Source: Candidatus Margulisiibacteriota bacterium (GTDB taxonomy: Bacteria; Margulisbacteria; WOR-1; O2-12-FULL-45-9; XYB2-FULL-48-7). From it: a DNA stretch of 64,000 bases. The position numbers were made by a program, and so were the translations under genes. Positions within the stretch are counted from its first letter, which is position 1, and each line of letters begins with the position of its first letter. The notes below the pieces were generated by a model. It searched no databases, was not told where the DNA came from, and saw only the letters and a program-made list of their open reading frames with translations. This document shows, in pieces, positions 55,880 through 64,000 of this stretch. The stretch lies in NCBI GenBank assembly GCA_041650855.1, contig JBAZKJ010000002.1, positions 284,280-348,279 of the forward strand, in the 5' to 3' direction.

Positions 55880-57837
55880 TGAGCTTGATCGAGATCAAAG
55901 GCCTTTGTAAAACTTATTACATCGGCGGCAAAATACCGGTCTACGCCCTGCGCGACGTTTCTCTGTCGATCGAACCGGGAGAATTTGTGGCCATTATGGG
56001 GCCTTCCGGTTCCGGTAAATCGACCCTCTTGGCCGTTCTCGGTTTACTGGACCGGCCGGATTGCGGCGAATACCGGATCTTGGGCAAGGAAGTTTCCCGT
56101 TTGACCGAAAGGGAAACGTCGCGTCTGCGCAATCATCTTCTCGGTTTTGTCTTCCAGGCGTTCAATCTGCTCCCCCGGCTCGATATCGTCACCAATACGA
56201 TGCTCCCTTTTGTCTATGATGAGGGGATCACGGAGGCGAGCCGTAAAGCGGCGAAAGAACTGCTGGGCAGGGTCGGGCTCGGCGATCGTCTCCGCCACCG
56301 GCCGACGGAACTGTCGGGCGGACAGCAACAGCGGGTAGCGCTGGCCCGGGCGCTGGCCAACAAACCGCTGGTGATCATGGCCGACGAACCGACGGGAAAC
56401 CTGGATACCAAGTCCGCCCAGGAGATCATCAATTTATTCAAAGAGATCAACCGCCAGGGTAATACCATTATCATGGTGACCCATGAACCGAACCTGGCGA
56501 ACGAAGCCAGCCGGCGGATCACGCTCTCCGACGGCCGGATCGTTTCCGACGAGCGATTGCGGGAAACGGCAGGCGGCGCCGTTTCTCTGCCGGAACTCAA
56601 GCCGCGCAATTTTAATCTCTTTTCCCTGAGCCGTTTGGCGAACTATTTCAATGAGGCCTTTCTCTCTTTGCTGACGAACAAGCTCCGCTCATTCCTGTCG
56701 ATCCTCGGCGTGGTCATCGGCGTCGGTGCGGTCATCGCCATGCTGGCGATCGGGACCGGCGCCCAGCGGCAGGTGGAACAGTCGCTCTCGGCGCTCGGGA
56801 CCAATTTGCTCAGCGTCCGGACGTCGTTCCGGCAGGGCGGGATCTCGCTCGGCTCCGATTCGGTCCCCCGGTTCAATCTCGAGGATTTGAAGGCGCTGCA
56901 GGCGCTCGATGGGGTGAAGTACGTTATCCCTTACGTCCAGGGGAGGGGGCAGGCCGTTTACGGCAACCGGAACTGGAGCACCAGTATTAACGGGACGAGC
57001 GTCGATTACCAGTATGTTCGCGACGCGGTTCCGGTCCAGGGGAGATTCTTTACCCAGACGGAAGAGCACCTGCGTGCCAAGGTCGCCGTTCTCGGTAAGC
57101 AGGTGGCCGACCAGCTTTTCCCGGACGGGAACCCCCTCGGCAAGTGGATCAAGATCAACCGGATCAATTTCCAGGTGATCGGCGTCCTGCCGGAAAAAGG
57201 GGGAGGCGGGTTCATGAACCAGGATGACCAGATCTTTGTTCCGCTCTCGACCGCGATGCACCGGCTGCTCGGCCGCGATTACATCAGCAATTTCGACGTC
57301 CAGGCCCAGAGTGCCGACGACTTGACCGGCCTGGCCGAAGAGATCGGTCCGCTGTTGGTTCGGCTCCATCGCTTGCCCGCTTCCCTGTCCGACAGCTACG
57401 ACGTCCGGAACATGGCCGACATCCAGAAAGCGGCGAGCGAGACGGTCCAGACTTTTTCTTTCCTGCTGGGGGCGATCGCCGCGGTCAGTCTGCTCGTTGG
57501 CGGCATCGGCATCATGAACATCATGCTCGTCATGGTGATGGAGCGGACGCACGAGATCGGGCTGCGCAAGGCGCTCGGCGCCGAAGACCGCGACATCATG
57601 ACCCAATTCCTGGTCGAGGCGGTATTGATCTGCGGTCTGGGCGGGCTGATCGGAGTAGGGGTGGGCGGCATCATTTCGTTCTCGATCGGCGCGGCTGCCG
57701 GCTGGTCGGTCGTGATCACCGCGCAGTCGGTCCTGCTCGCTTTTGTCTTTTCGGTGCTGGTCGGGGTGGTGTTCGGCCTCTGGCCTGCCAGAAGAGCCTC
57801 GCGGCTGCTGCCGATCGAAGCGCTCCGCTACGAGTAA
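55879..57837 (+). CDS. macB: MacB-type ABC transporter (fused ATPase-FtsX permease)
   Basis: Walker A GPSGSGKST, LSGGQQQRVALARAL, then 4-TM FtsX permease. 652 aa. Confidence 0.88.
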   Translation: MSLIEIKGLCKTYYIGGKIPVYALRDVSLSIEPGEFVAIMGPSGSGKSTLLAVLGLLDRPDCGEYRILGKEVSRLTERETSRLRNHLLGFVFQAFNLLPRLDIVTNTMLPFVYDEGITEASRKAAKELLGRVGLGDRLRHRPTELSGGQQQRVALARALANKPLVIMADEPTGNLDTKSAQEIINLFKEINRQGNTIIMVTHEPNLANEASRRITLSDGRIVSDERLRETAGGAVSLPELKPRNFNLFSLSRLANYFNEAFLSLLTNKLRSFLSILGVVIGVGAVIAMLAIGTGAQRQVEQSLSALGTNLLSVRTSFRQGGISLGSDSVPRFNLEDLKALQALDGVKYVIPYVQGRGQAVYGNRNWSTSINGTSVDYQYVRDAVPVQGRFFTQTEEHLRAKVAVLGKQVADQLFPDGNPLGKWIKINRINFQVIGVLPEKGGGGFMNQDDQIFVPLSTAMHRLLGRDYISNFDVQAQSADDLTGLAEEIGPLLVRLHRLPASLSDSYDVRNMADIQKAASETVQTFSFLLGAIAAVSLLVGGIGIMNIMLVMVMERTHEIGLRKALGAEDRDIMTQFLVEAVLICGLGGLIGVGVGGIISFSIGAAAGWSVVITAQSVLLAFVFSVLVGVVFGLWPARRASRLLPIEALRYE

Positions 57838-57840
57838 GCG

Positions 57841-58554
57841 CTACTTCCGCAAACCGCAGCGAACGATGATCACCGCCTGGTTGTCGGGGGTTTCCTGCAA
57901 AAAGATCTGGCAGACCAGCTCGTTCTGCCGGTAACCGTTCATCGCCTCGGTGACGTTCAGCTGGTCGGCGCTAAACCCCATTTTAACCAGGGCGGAACCG
58001 ATCGCGCCGGCCGTTTGGTTGACGGCGGTAAAATCCCCGTCCACCGGCACGGTCGCGGTCATTTCAAACCCGTCGACGTCGACCTGGTCGCCGCCCGGCA
58101 GCAGCCAGGGAAAGGTCGTGGTCAGCGGGCCGGAGAAGACCAGGCCGCTCCGTTTGCGCAGGAAACGGAAGACCGGATTGCAGCGCCGGCTCCGGTCGCT
58201 CCCCCGCAGGACGACTGCGGTCCCGTCCTGGACGTAACGCAGAGCGTTCCCCTTGATCAGGAGCGCGGAGCATTCATAAGTGTTGTTCTCGTTGGCGAAC
58301 AGGAGGAGCTTGTCGCCGTTGATCGTGTAGGTCCCCGATTCATAAGGACGGCCGGTCAGCGTCGTGTTGAAATAGTGAACGTCGTCCGCGCCGGCCGAAA
58401 AATAGTAATCGGAAGCGTCGGCGCCGGCCACGGTCTGCCATTCGCCCAGGATCTCGTCGGCCGAGGGGACATGCCCCTTTTGGTTGAACGAGCAGGCGGA
58501 CAAGATCACGCCGAGCGTCAATAAAAAGGCGGCCAGGCGTATCGCGGTTTTCAT
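57841..58554 (-). CDS. Lipoprotein, unknown function
   Basis: MKTAIRLAAFLLTLGVILSAC lipobox. 237 aa. Confidence 0.5.
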   Translation of the reverse strand: MKTAIRLAAFLLTLGVILSACSFNQKGHVPSADEILGEWQTVAGADASDYYFSAGADDVHYFNTTLTGRPYESGTYTINGDKLLLFANENNTYECSALLIKGNALRYVQDGTAVVLRGSDRSRRCNPVFRFLRKRSGLVFSGPLTTTFPWLLPGGDQVDVDGFEMTATVPVDGDFTAVNQTAGAIGSALVKMGFSADQLNVTEAMNGYRQNELVCQIFLQETPDNQAVIIVRCGLRK

Positions 58555-58570
58555 GGCAGCGTCAATTTTA

Positions 58571-59671
58571 TCATAAATTGGCGCGCGGGGGCGCTTGATT
58601 GCCGAAACGGAGCCGGTTGAAAAGGGCGAACGCCTGCTGGTCGGTCAGCGCGACGATGTTGTCGATCACCGCCCGGGCGTCGCCCCGGTGCTGCTCCGCG
58701 AAATAACCGATCAGGACGTTGAGGCAGGCGGCGATATTTTTGCGGAATTCGACGTTGCGCCGGCTGTAGTAAATGTGCTGGTAATTGAAGTCAAAAAGCC
58801 GGTCGAGCGGTTCGCGGACCAGCGGGCTCAGCGCGATCTCGCCCCGGCCGGCGCTCATCTCGATCACGTTCGTCGCCAGCGCGTTGATCATCTCGCTGGT
58901 CTGGCTGCCCAGGATCTCGGTGATCCCGGACGGCAGCTGATCGCGGCTGACCAGGCCGAGCCGGATACCGTCCTCCAGGTCGAGCGGCAGGTAAGAAAGG
59001 CGGTCGGCAAGCCTGACCACGCACGCTTCCAGGGTCGAGGCCGGCTCGTTGTCGCGCAGAGAATATTTGCCGGGGCGGAGGACGGCGTCCTTGGTCTCGC
59101 CGTCGTGTTTCAATATGCCTTCCTGCACCTCATAGCTCAGGTTCAGGTCGGCGATCTCCCGCACGATCCGCAAACTTTGCCGGTTATGCTTGAACGGTTC
59201 GCCGAGCTTTTCCCGGCTGTATTCGCTCAAGATCTTTTCCCCCTCGTGGCCGAACGGCGAATGGCCCAGGTCGTGCCCCAGGGCGATCGCCTCGGCCAGG
59301 TCTTCGTTCAAGCCCAGCGCCCGGCAGATATCGCGGGCGAGCTGGGCGACCTTGATCACGTGAAAGAGCCGGGTATGCACCTGCTGGCTGCTCGGCAGCG
59401 GCAGCGATTCCGGCGAAAAGACCTGGGTCTTGCCCGACAGGGCGGTAAAATAGGGCGAATAGATGATCCGGTCGCGGTCGCGGACAAAAGCGGTCCGGTA
59501 TTCGCAGGGGAGCTCGAGGCGCGCCCGGCCGAGCGACTCCACGCTTTTGGTCGCGTGCCGCGCCAGGCCGGCCAATTCGGCCATCTCGACCTGCGGCCGC
59601 AAAACCGGCAAGGTTCTCGGCCTGCCGGCCAAGAGCCGCAAATAGTGCTGGACATTGCTGGCGATCTTCAT
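58571..59671 (-). CDS. dgt: dGTP triphosphohydrolase-like HD-domain protein
   Basis: HD motif (…IALGHDLGHSPFGHEGE…). Start taken at MKIASNV (the 59833 start is an extension). Confidence 0.75.
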   Translation of the reverse strand: MKIASNVQHYLRLLAGRPRTLPVLRPQVEMAELAGLARHATKSVESLGRARLELPCEYRTAFVRDRDRIIYSPYFTALSGKTQVFSPESLPLPSSQQVHTRLFHVIKVAQLARDICRALGLNEDLAEAIALGHDLGHSPFGHEGEKILSEYSREKLGEPFKHNRQSLRIVREIADLNLSYEVQEGILKHDGETKDAVLRPGKYSLRDNEPASTLEACVVRLADRLSYLPLDLEDGIRLGLVSRDQLPSGITEILGSQTSEMINALATNVIEMSAGRGEIALSPLVREPLDRLFDFNYQHIYYSRRNVEFRKNIAACLNVLIGYFAEQHRGDARAVIDNIVALTDQQAFALFNRLRFGNQAPPRANL

Positions 59672-59732
59672 GCTACAATATCCTTGATTTGGCGGCCGAA
59701 TTTCAAAAGAATTGTTAAAGGGGGAGAAAAAA

Positions 59733-59993
59733 ATGCCGATCGTCTTAAAAGCGCTGGTGTTGCTGGGCGGGTTGACCGGGCTGCTGTCGGGTCTAGCCAT
59801 GCTGCTCCTGTTCGAAAAGTTCATGGCGTTCAATGATTACATAAACAAGAACTTTTTCCGGGCGAAAGGTTATGACTGGCACCAGTACGGCTGGGAGCAC
59901 TGGCTGTTCACGATGAGCTATCTGACCGCGGTATTCCTGATCGCGGCCGGCGGTTACCTGTTATACATTTTTTCGCAGTACGCCCCTTACTGA
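59733..59993 (+). CDS. Small membrane protein
   Basis: AGGGGGAG RBS; 2 TM helices. 86 aa. Confidence 0.4.
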   Translation: MPIVLKALVLLGGLTGLLSGLAMLLLFEKFMAFNDYINKNFFRAKGYDWHQYGWEHWLFTMSYLTAVFLIAAGGYLLYIFSQYAPY

Positions 59994-60661
59994 GCGATCT
60001 TGTTGAGCGACCGGGGCGCGTAGCGGTCGTAGCGGATGGTGTTCCAGGCGGCGAACAGTTCGGGCTTCGCCCGGGCGGGCAGCTTTCTCACCCCAGCCGG
60101 TTTTGCCGCTTTCTTTGACCCCGCGCTTTGCGCCAGCTTGACCGCGCCGGCTTCTTCGGCCGGGACGGCGGCGATCATATCCATCGTGAAGTTGAGACTG
60201 CGCAGGTAGCGGTCGAACGGCGGGACAGCTTTATAAACCCTGATCAGGTCCATCAGATTTTTCGTTTTCCGGAACTTCCGGTACCATTTCTTCTCGGCGA
60301 TCGTCGCCTGGGTGTACTGGATATTATGCTTGATGGAGCGGAAGCGGGCGCCGCCGTTGCTGATCCCGGTAAAGTTGTAGCTCCGTTTCGGGCAGTTCTT
60401 CCCCCAGGTGCTTTCCGCGCCGGCGAGCGCCATATATAAGCGGTAATCAAGCTGATAGCGGTCGGCTTGCTCGACGATCTCCCGGCCGTAGCCGCGCAGC
60501 GGGCTGGAAGGGCAATAGCGCTCCAGGAATTTTTCGATCCGGTGCGGGCGCAGGTCCCGGGCCGCGGCCAGGCCGGCGGCCAGCAGGCAAAAAAGCAGGG
60601 CAAGACAGAGCCGTTTATTGCGCATCAGGAGAATATCGCCCATTGATTGACCTGATTTCAA
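59987..60661 (-). CDS. Secreted protein with glucosaminidase (FlgJ/GH73)-like ALAGAESTWG motif
   Basis: Signal peptide (MRNKRLCLALLFCLLAAGLAAA); LYMALAGAESTWG resembles the GH73 active-site region. The start may be at 60625. Confidence 0.4.
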   Translation of the reverse strand: MKSGQSMGDILLMRNKRLCLALLFCLLAAGLAAARDLRPHRIEKFLERYCPSSPLRGYGREIVEQADRYQLDYRLYMALAGAESTWGKNCPKRSYNFTGISNGGARFRSIKHNIQYTQATIAEKKWYRKFRKTKNLMDLIRVYKAVPPFDRYLRSLNFTMDMIAAVPAEEAGAVKLAQSAGSKKAAKPAGVRKLPARAKPELFAAWNTIRYDRYAPRSLNKIAQ

Positions 60662-60663
60662 CC

Positions 60664-61257
60664 TCAGGCGAAAGTGCTGAAACTGGAGGCGTCCCAGTTG
60701 CGCGGGTCCAGCTTGGGGTAGACCGGCATCCGGCCGCCGACCATGCCGTCGACCATATCGGCAAGCCGGTCCAGGTATTGGGGCGTAGCGCCGGCGGAGA
60801 GCTGGGGCTGGCCGGTCCGGATATCGACCACGGTGGCGCCCAGGTCGCTGATGATCTGGATGTCTTCCGCGTACAGCCGGCCGTTCTCGACCCGCCAGGC
60901 GAACAGCTCCGGATTATAACGGTCTTTGAGGCCGACGATAAACAGGTATTTCTGGTTATGGGTCAGGTCTTGCGCCGAGGGGAGCGGCACGCCGCCCGGG
61001 TGGCTGTGGTAAACGCCCAGGTACTCCAGCTTATGCTTGACCAGGAACCGGTAAGCGAGCTCGATGTCGTCGGCGCCCAGGGCGAAGGTCTGGGTCCGGT
61101 CGCCCAGGTTTTTATTGGGGATCGGCAGGACGCCCAGGATCCGGTTGTCGTGGCCGCCGAGAAAACCGCCGGTCTCCTGGGGGAAGCAAGCCTGGGCTTG
61201 CTTCATGATTATATTGTATTGCCGTTCGGTAATGATAAACATATTTTTACGAAACAA
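60664..61257 (-). CDS. JAB/MPN (JAMM) metalloprotease-domain protein
   Basis: E…HSHPGGVPLPSAQD JAMM motif, plus a ~90-aa C-terminal extension. 197 aa. Confidence 0.6.
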   Translation of the reverse strand: MFRKNMFIITERQYNIIMKQAQACFPQETGGFLGGHDNRILGVLPIPNKNLGDRTQTFALGADDIELAYRFLVKHKLEYLGVYHSHPGGVPLPSAQDLTHNQKYLFIVGLKDRYNPELFAWRVENGRLYAEDIQIISDLGATVVDIRTGQPQLSAGATPQYLDRLADMVDGMVGGRMPVYPKLDPRNWDASSFSTFA

Positions 61258-61334
61258 TCGGACTGTTGAATTTTATTATAGCATAGTTTATAATGCGTCC
61301 TGTTTGATCTTGGAAAATCGAAGGGAGTAATAAA

Positions 61335-63332
61335 ATGTTAGGTTACATTTCCTGGTCCCTGGCCGCCGGTCTGCTGGGTGTCTTGTTCGCGGGGTATCTG
61401 TTCTGGAAAATCCTGCAGATGCCGGCGGGGACGGCGAAGATGAAAGAGATCTCCGGCCTGATCTATGAAGGGGCGATGGCCTACCTGAACCGGCAATACC
61501 GGGTAGTCCTGATCTTTATCCTCTTTATCTTCCTGGTGCTGACCTTTCTGATCAATATATATGTGGCGCTGGCCTATGTTTTCGGCGGCGTTTGTTCCAT
61601 GCTGGCCGGTTACATCGGCATGAACGCGGCCACCCGGGCCAACGTGCGCACCGCCAACGCGGCGGCCGGCAAGAACCAGGCCCAGGCGCTCGGCGTCGCT
61701 TTTTCCGGCGGGGCGATCATGGGAATGGCGGTCGCTTCGATCGGCGTGCTCGGCTTGGGCCTCATTTTCTTCTTTGTTAAAGGGGTCGCCCTGAAGGCGG
61801 CGGTCGTCGGCGGTTATTCCATGGGCGCTTCTTCGATCGCCTTGTTCGCCCGCGTCGGCGGCGGTATTTACACCAAATCGGCCGACGTCGGCGCCGACCT
61901 GGTCGGCAAGATCGAGGCCGGCATTCCCGAAGACGATCCGCGCAACCCGGCGGTCATCGCCGATAACGTCGGCGATAACGTCGGCGACGTAGCCGGTATG
62001 GGGGCCGATCTCTTTGAATCGTACGTTGGCGCCGTGGTGGCGACCATCGCGCTCGGCGCCCTGATGCTGAGCGCGCCGTTCCAGTGGATGATCCTGCCGA
62101 TCCTCTTGATCGCGGCCGGCACGGTCGCTTCGATCGTCGGAGTCCTGTTCATTCAGGTGATCCAGGGGATGAACCCGCAGGCGGCGCTCCGCTACGCGAC
62201 CTACGTCGCCCAGGGCCTGTTCATCATTGCCGCTTTCTTCCTGACCAAGATGGTCGTCGGCAACGTCGGGATCTTCTGGGCGATCCTTTCCGGCATCCTG
62301 GCCGGGATGGCGATCGGCATCATTTCCGAATTTTACACTTCCGGCAAGATCCTGAAGGAGATCGCCGAGGCTTGCAAGACCGGCCCGGCCACCAATATCA
62401 TCGCCGGTTTGGCGATCGGGATGAAGAGCACCATTTTCCCGATCCTCTCGATCTGCGCGGCGATCTGGGTCTCTTACCTGTTCGGCGGCCTGTACGGCAT
62501 CGCTATCTCCGCGGTCGGCATGCTCGGCACGACCGGGATCATCATGTCGGTTGACGCTTACGGCCCGATCGCCGATAACGCCGGCGGGATCGTCACCATG
62601 TCTGGCCTGCCGTCCGAGGTCCGCAAGATCACCGATACGCTCGATTCGCTCGGCAATACGACGGCGGCGATCGGCAAGGGCTTTGCGATCGGTTCGGCGG
62701 CCTTGACCGCTCTGGCGCTTTTTGTCGCTTACACCCAGGCGGTCGGGATTAAATCGATCGATATCCTGAAGGCGGACGTGGTGATCGGCCTTTTCCTCGG
62801 CGGCCTGATCCCTTTTGCTTACGTTTCGATGACCATGCAGGCGGTCGGCCGCGCGGCGTTCAAGATGGTCGAAGAGGTCCGCCGCCAGTTCCGGGAGATC
62901 AAGGGCTTGATGGAAGGCAAGGCGAAGCCGGAGATCAAGAAATGCGTTGATATCGCGACGACCGCGGCCTTGCACGAGATGGTCGTTCCCGGCATTTCCG
63001 CCGTGCTGATCCCGGTCGTGGTCGGCGTCGTGCTCGGCGGCGAGGCGCTCGGCGGCTTGCTGGCCGGTTCGCTCTGCGTCGGCGTCCCGATGGCGATCAT
63101 GCTGGCCAACGCCGGCGCGGTCTGGGACAACGGCAAGAAGCTGATCGAAGACGGTTACTTGGGCGGGAAGGGTACTCCGGTCCACGCGGCGGCGGTCGTC
63201 GGCGACACCGTGGGCGATCCGTTCAAGGATACCAGCGGTCCGGCGATGAATATCTTATTGAAGCTGATGTCGATCGTTTCCCTGGTCCTGGGCCCGGCGA
63301 TCGTCCAGTTCCATCACGTGCTTTTTAGATAA
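61335..63332 (+). CDS. hppA: Membrane-bound H+-translocating pyrophosphatase
   Basis: GGG…[27 protein letters not shown] and C-terminal [13 protein letters not shown] motifs. 665 aa. Confidence 0.92.
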   Translation: MLGYISWSLAAGLLGVLFAGYLFWKILQMPAGTAKMKEISGLIYEGAMAYLNRQYRVVLIFILFIFLVLTFLINIYVALAYVFGGVCSMLAGYIGMNAATRANVRTANAAAGKNQAQALGVAFSGGAIMGMAVASIGVLGLGLIFFFVKGVALKAAVVGGYSMGASSIALFARVGGGIYTKSADVGADLVGKIEAGIPEDDPRNPAVIADNVGDNVGDVAGMGADLFESYVGAVVATIALGALMLSAPFQWMILPILLIAAGTVASIVGVLFIQVIQGMNPQAALRYATYVAQGLFIIAAFFLTKMVVGNVGIFWAILSGILAGMAIGIISEFYTSGKILKEIAEACKTGPATNIIAGLAIGMKSTIFPILSICAAIWVSYLFGGLYGIAISAVGMLGTTGIIMSVDAYGPIADNAGGIVTMSGLPSEVRKITDTLDSLGNTTAAIGKGFAIGSAALTALALFVAYTQAVGIKSIDILKADVVIGLFLGGLIPFAYVSMTMQAVGRAAFKMVEEVRRQFREIKGLMEGKAKPEIKKCVDIATTAALHEMVVPGISAVLIPVVVGVVLGGEALGGLLAGSLCVGVPMAIMLANAGAVWDNGKKLIEDGYLGGKGTPVHAAAVVGDTVGDPFKDTSGPAMNILLKLMSIVSLVLGPAIVQFHHVLFR

Positions 63333-63355
63333 TTTATTTTCTTTAGCTGACAAAA

Positions 63356-63386
63356 AGGGGAGCTTTCGCGGCTCCCCTTTTTTGTG
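63356..63386 (+). terminator. Rho-independent terminator of hppA
   Basis: GGGGAGC-tttcgcg-GCTCCCC hairpin followed by TTTTTTG (coordinates +/-1). Confidence 0.8.
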
Positions 63387-63403
63387 TTATTATAGTGTTT
63401 AGC

Positions 63404-63477
63404 GCGCCCATAGCTCAGCTGGATAGAGTACTTCCCTGCGAAGGAAGGGGTCGGGCGTTCGAATCGCCCTGGGCGCA
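63404..63477 (+). tRNA. tRNA-Arg, anticodon read as GCG
   Basis: Hand-folded cloverleaf: acceptor GCGCCCA/TGGGCGC, D-arm GCTC…GAGT, anticodon stem CTTCC/GGAAG with loop CTGCGAA, T-arm GGGCG-TTCGAAT-CGCCC. No encoded CCA. Confidence 0.6.
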
Positions 63478-63484
63478 TATTTCT

Positions 63485-63571
63485 GGAAGGGTGTCCGAGT
63501 GGTTGAAGGAGCACGCCTGGAAAGCGTGTTTACGGGAAACCGTAACGAGAGTTCGAATCTCTCCCCTTCCG
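63485..63571 (+). tRNA. tRNA-Ser (GGA)
   Basis: Acceptor GGAAGGG/CCCTTCC, anticodon loop CTGGAAA, long variable arm, T-loop TTCGAAT. Confidence 0.75.
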
Positions 63572-63582
63572 AATTTTTTCTT

Positions 63583-63669
63583 GGAGGAGTGGCCGAGTGG
63601 TTGAAGGCGGACGCCTCGAAAGCGTCTTTACCAGCAATGGTAACGGGGGTTCGAATCCTCCCTCCTCCG
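63583..63669 (+). tRNA. tRNA-Ser (CGA)
   Basis: Acceptor GGAGGAG/CTCCTCC, anticodon loop CTCGAAA, long variable arm, T-loop TTCGAAT. Confidence 0.75.
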
Positions 63670-63679
63670 ATTTACTAAA

Positions 63680-64000
63680 ATGATAAAAATAGGTCCCGAA
63701 GGTTGGGTAGCCGAGCTTTCGGCCGACTTCACCTATGACAACGTCAAAAAGGTGGGGCGGGCGATCGCCGTTTTTCTGCTCACCCACGACCAGGCGGCAA
63801 AACCTTTCCTGGTCAGTTACGATCCCCGTTTCCAAGCTGAACGGTTCGCGGTGGAGCTTGCCAAGCTGCTGGAATCGGCCGGCATTAACGTTCTTTTTAC
63901 CGAACGAGATACCCCCACGCCGATCGTCGCCTGGGAGACGGTCGACCGGGGAGCGGCCGGCGCGGTGTCCGTGACCGCCAGCGGCCGGGGTCACCGGTTC
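63680..64000 (+). CDS. Phosphoglucomutase/phosphomannomutase-family protein, 5' partial (runs off the window)
   Basis: MIKIGPEGWVAELSADFTYDNVKKVGRAIAVFL resembles the FGTDGWRG…FTxENV N-terminus of alpha-D-phosphohexomutases. No stop before the window end; not in the ORF track. Confidence 0.4.
   Translation, partial: MIKIGPEGWVAELSADFTYDNVKKVGRAIAVFLLTHDQAAKPFLVSYDPRFQAERFAVELAKLLESAGINVLFTERDTPTPIVAWETVDRGAAGAVSVTASGRGHRF

Noticed and set aside
58595-59836. 413-aa plus-strand ORF overlapping the dGTPase-like gene
   Set aside because: The minus strand encodes the HD motif HDLGHSPFGHEGE. The plus-strand product is low-complexity.
61338-63185. 615-aa minus-strand ORF antisense to the H+-PPase gene
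   Set aside because: The Arg/Asp/Gly-rich composition is an artefact. The plus strand carries all PPase signature motifs.
63301-63360. Apparent 1-nt inconsistency between the displayed sequence and ORF-track coordinates (gcgA|Atcg; hppA stop)
   Set aside because: This is most likely a display or reading artefact. It shifts the local coordinates (terminator, hppA stop) by +/-1 but has no biological meaning.

Overview
This 64-kb window is high-GC with dense, mostly overlapping genes and reads as an uncultivated anaerobic diderm (TolC, AsmA-like, LolA-like, OMP-like and lipoprotein genes). I saw no rRNA, CRISPR array, transposase or integrase. From 5' to 3' the gene content is as follows:
- pyrG (CTP synthase), then a small Thr-rich lipoprotein.
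- A minus-strand rarA-nfo-larB-larC operon carrying the nickel-pincer cofactor genes LarB and LarC.
- An 11-gene energy-converting group 4 [NiFe]-hydrogenase locus of Mbh/Mrp type: fused antiporter-like subunits, MnhB/C-like small subunits, NuoB/C/D/H/I-like core and a maturation protease.
- Three adjacent surface lipoproteins (Kelch propeller, unclassified propeller, NHL propeller) whose 5' ends share a near-identical ~140-nt block encoding the lipobox and a Gly/Thr/Ala/Pro-rich stalk.
- A TMEM175-like channel, an OMP-like protein, and a ~930-aa secreted protein with two L,D-transpeptidase-like (SHGC) modules.
- A GNAT/ribbon-helix-helix pair, a DEAD-box helicase, and a run of secreted proteins and lipoproteins including an alpha/beta hydrolase and a transglutaminase-like protein.
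- An opine-dehydrogenase-family gene and a D-2-hydroxyacid dehydrogenase.
- A ~16-kb plus-strand envelope operon: MFS transporter, AsmA-like protein, alkyl-sulfatase-like MBL hydrolase, a second ~975-aa LDT-like paralog, four FtsX-type permeases around one ABC ATPase, a LolA-like protein and an OMP-like protein.
- An ECF sigma / anti-sigma pair, then a Spy/CpxP-like gene and TolC-MacA-MacB, both groups carrying GGAACC-N17-GTC(T/C)AA ECF-type promoters.
- A dGTPase-like HD protein, a JAB/MPN protein, a K+-type H+-pyrophosphatase with a clear intrinsic terminator, three tRNAs (Arg-GCG, Ser-GGA, Ser-CGA) and a partial phosphohexomutase-like gene running off the window.
The most novel candidates are (i) the paired giant LDT-like secreted proteins, one embedded in the AsmA/sulfatase/quadruple-FtsX/LolA-like operon, and (ii) the cassette-like lipoprotein trio sharing identical stalk modules. 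Coordinates read by hand from the sequence may be off by +/-1-2 nt; I found a 1-nt display inconsistency near 63300-63360.
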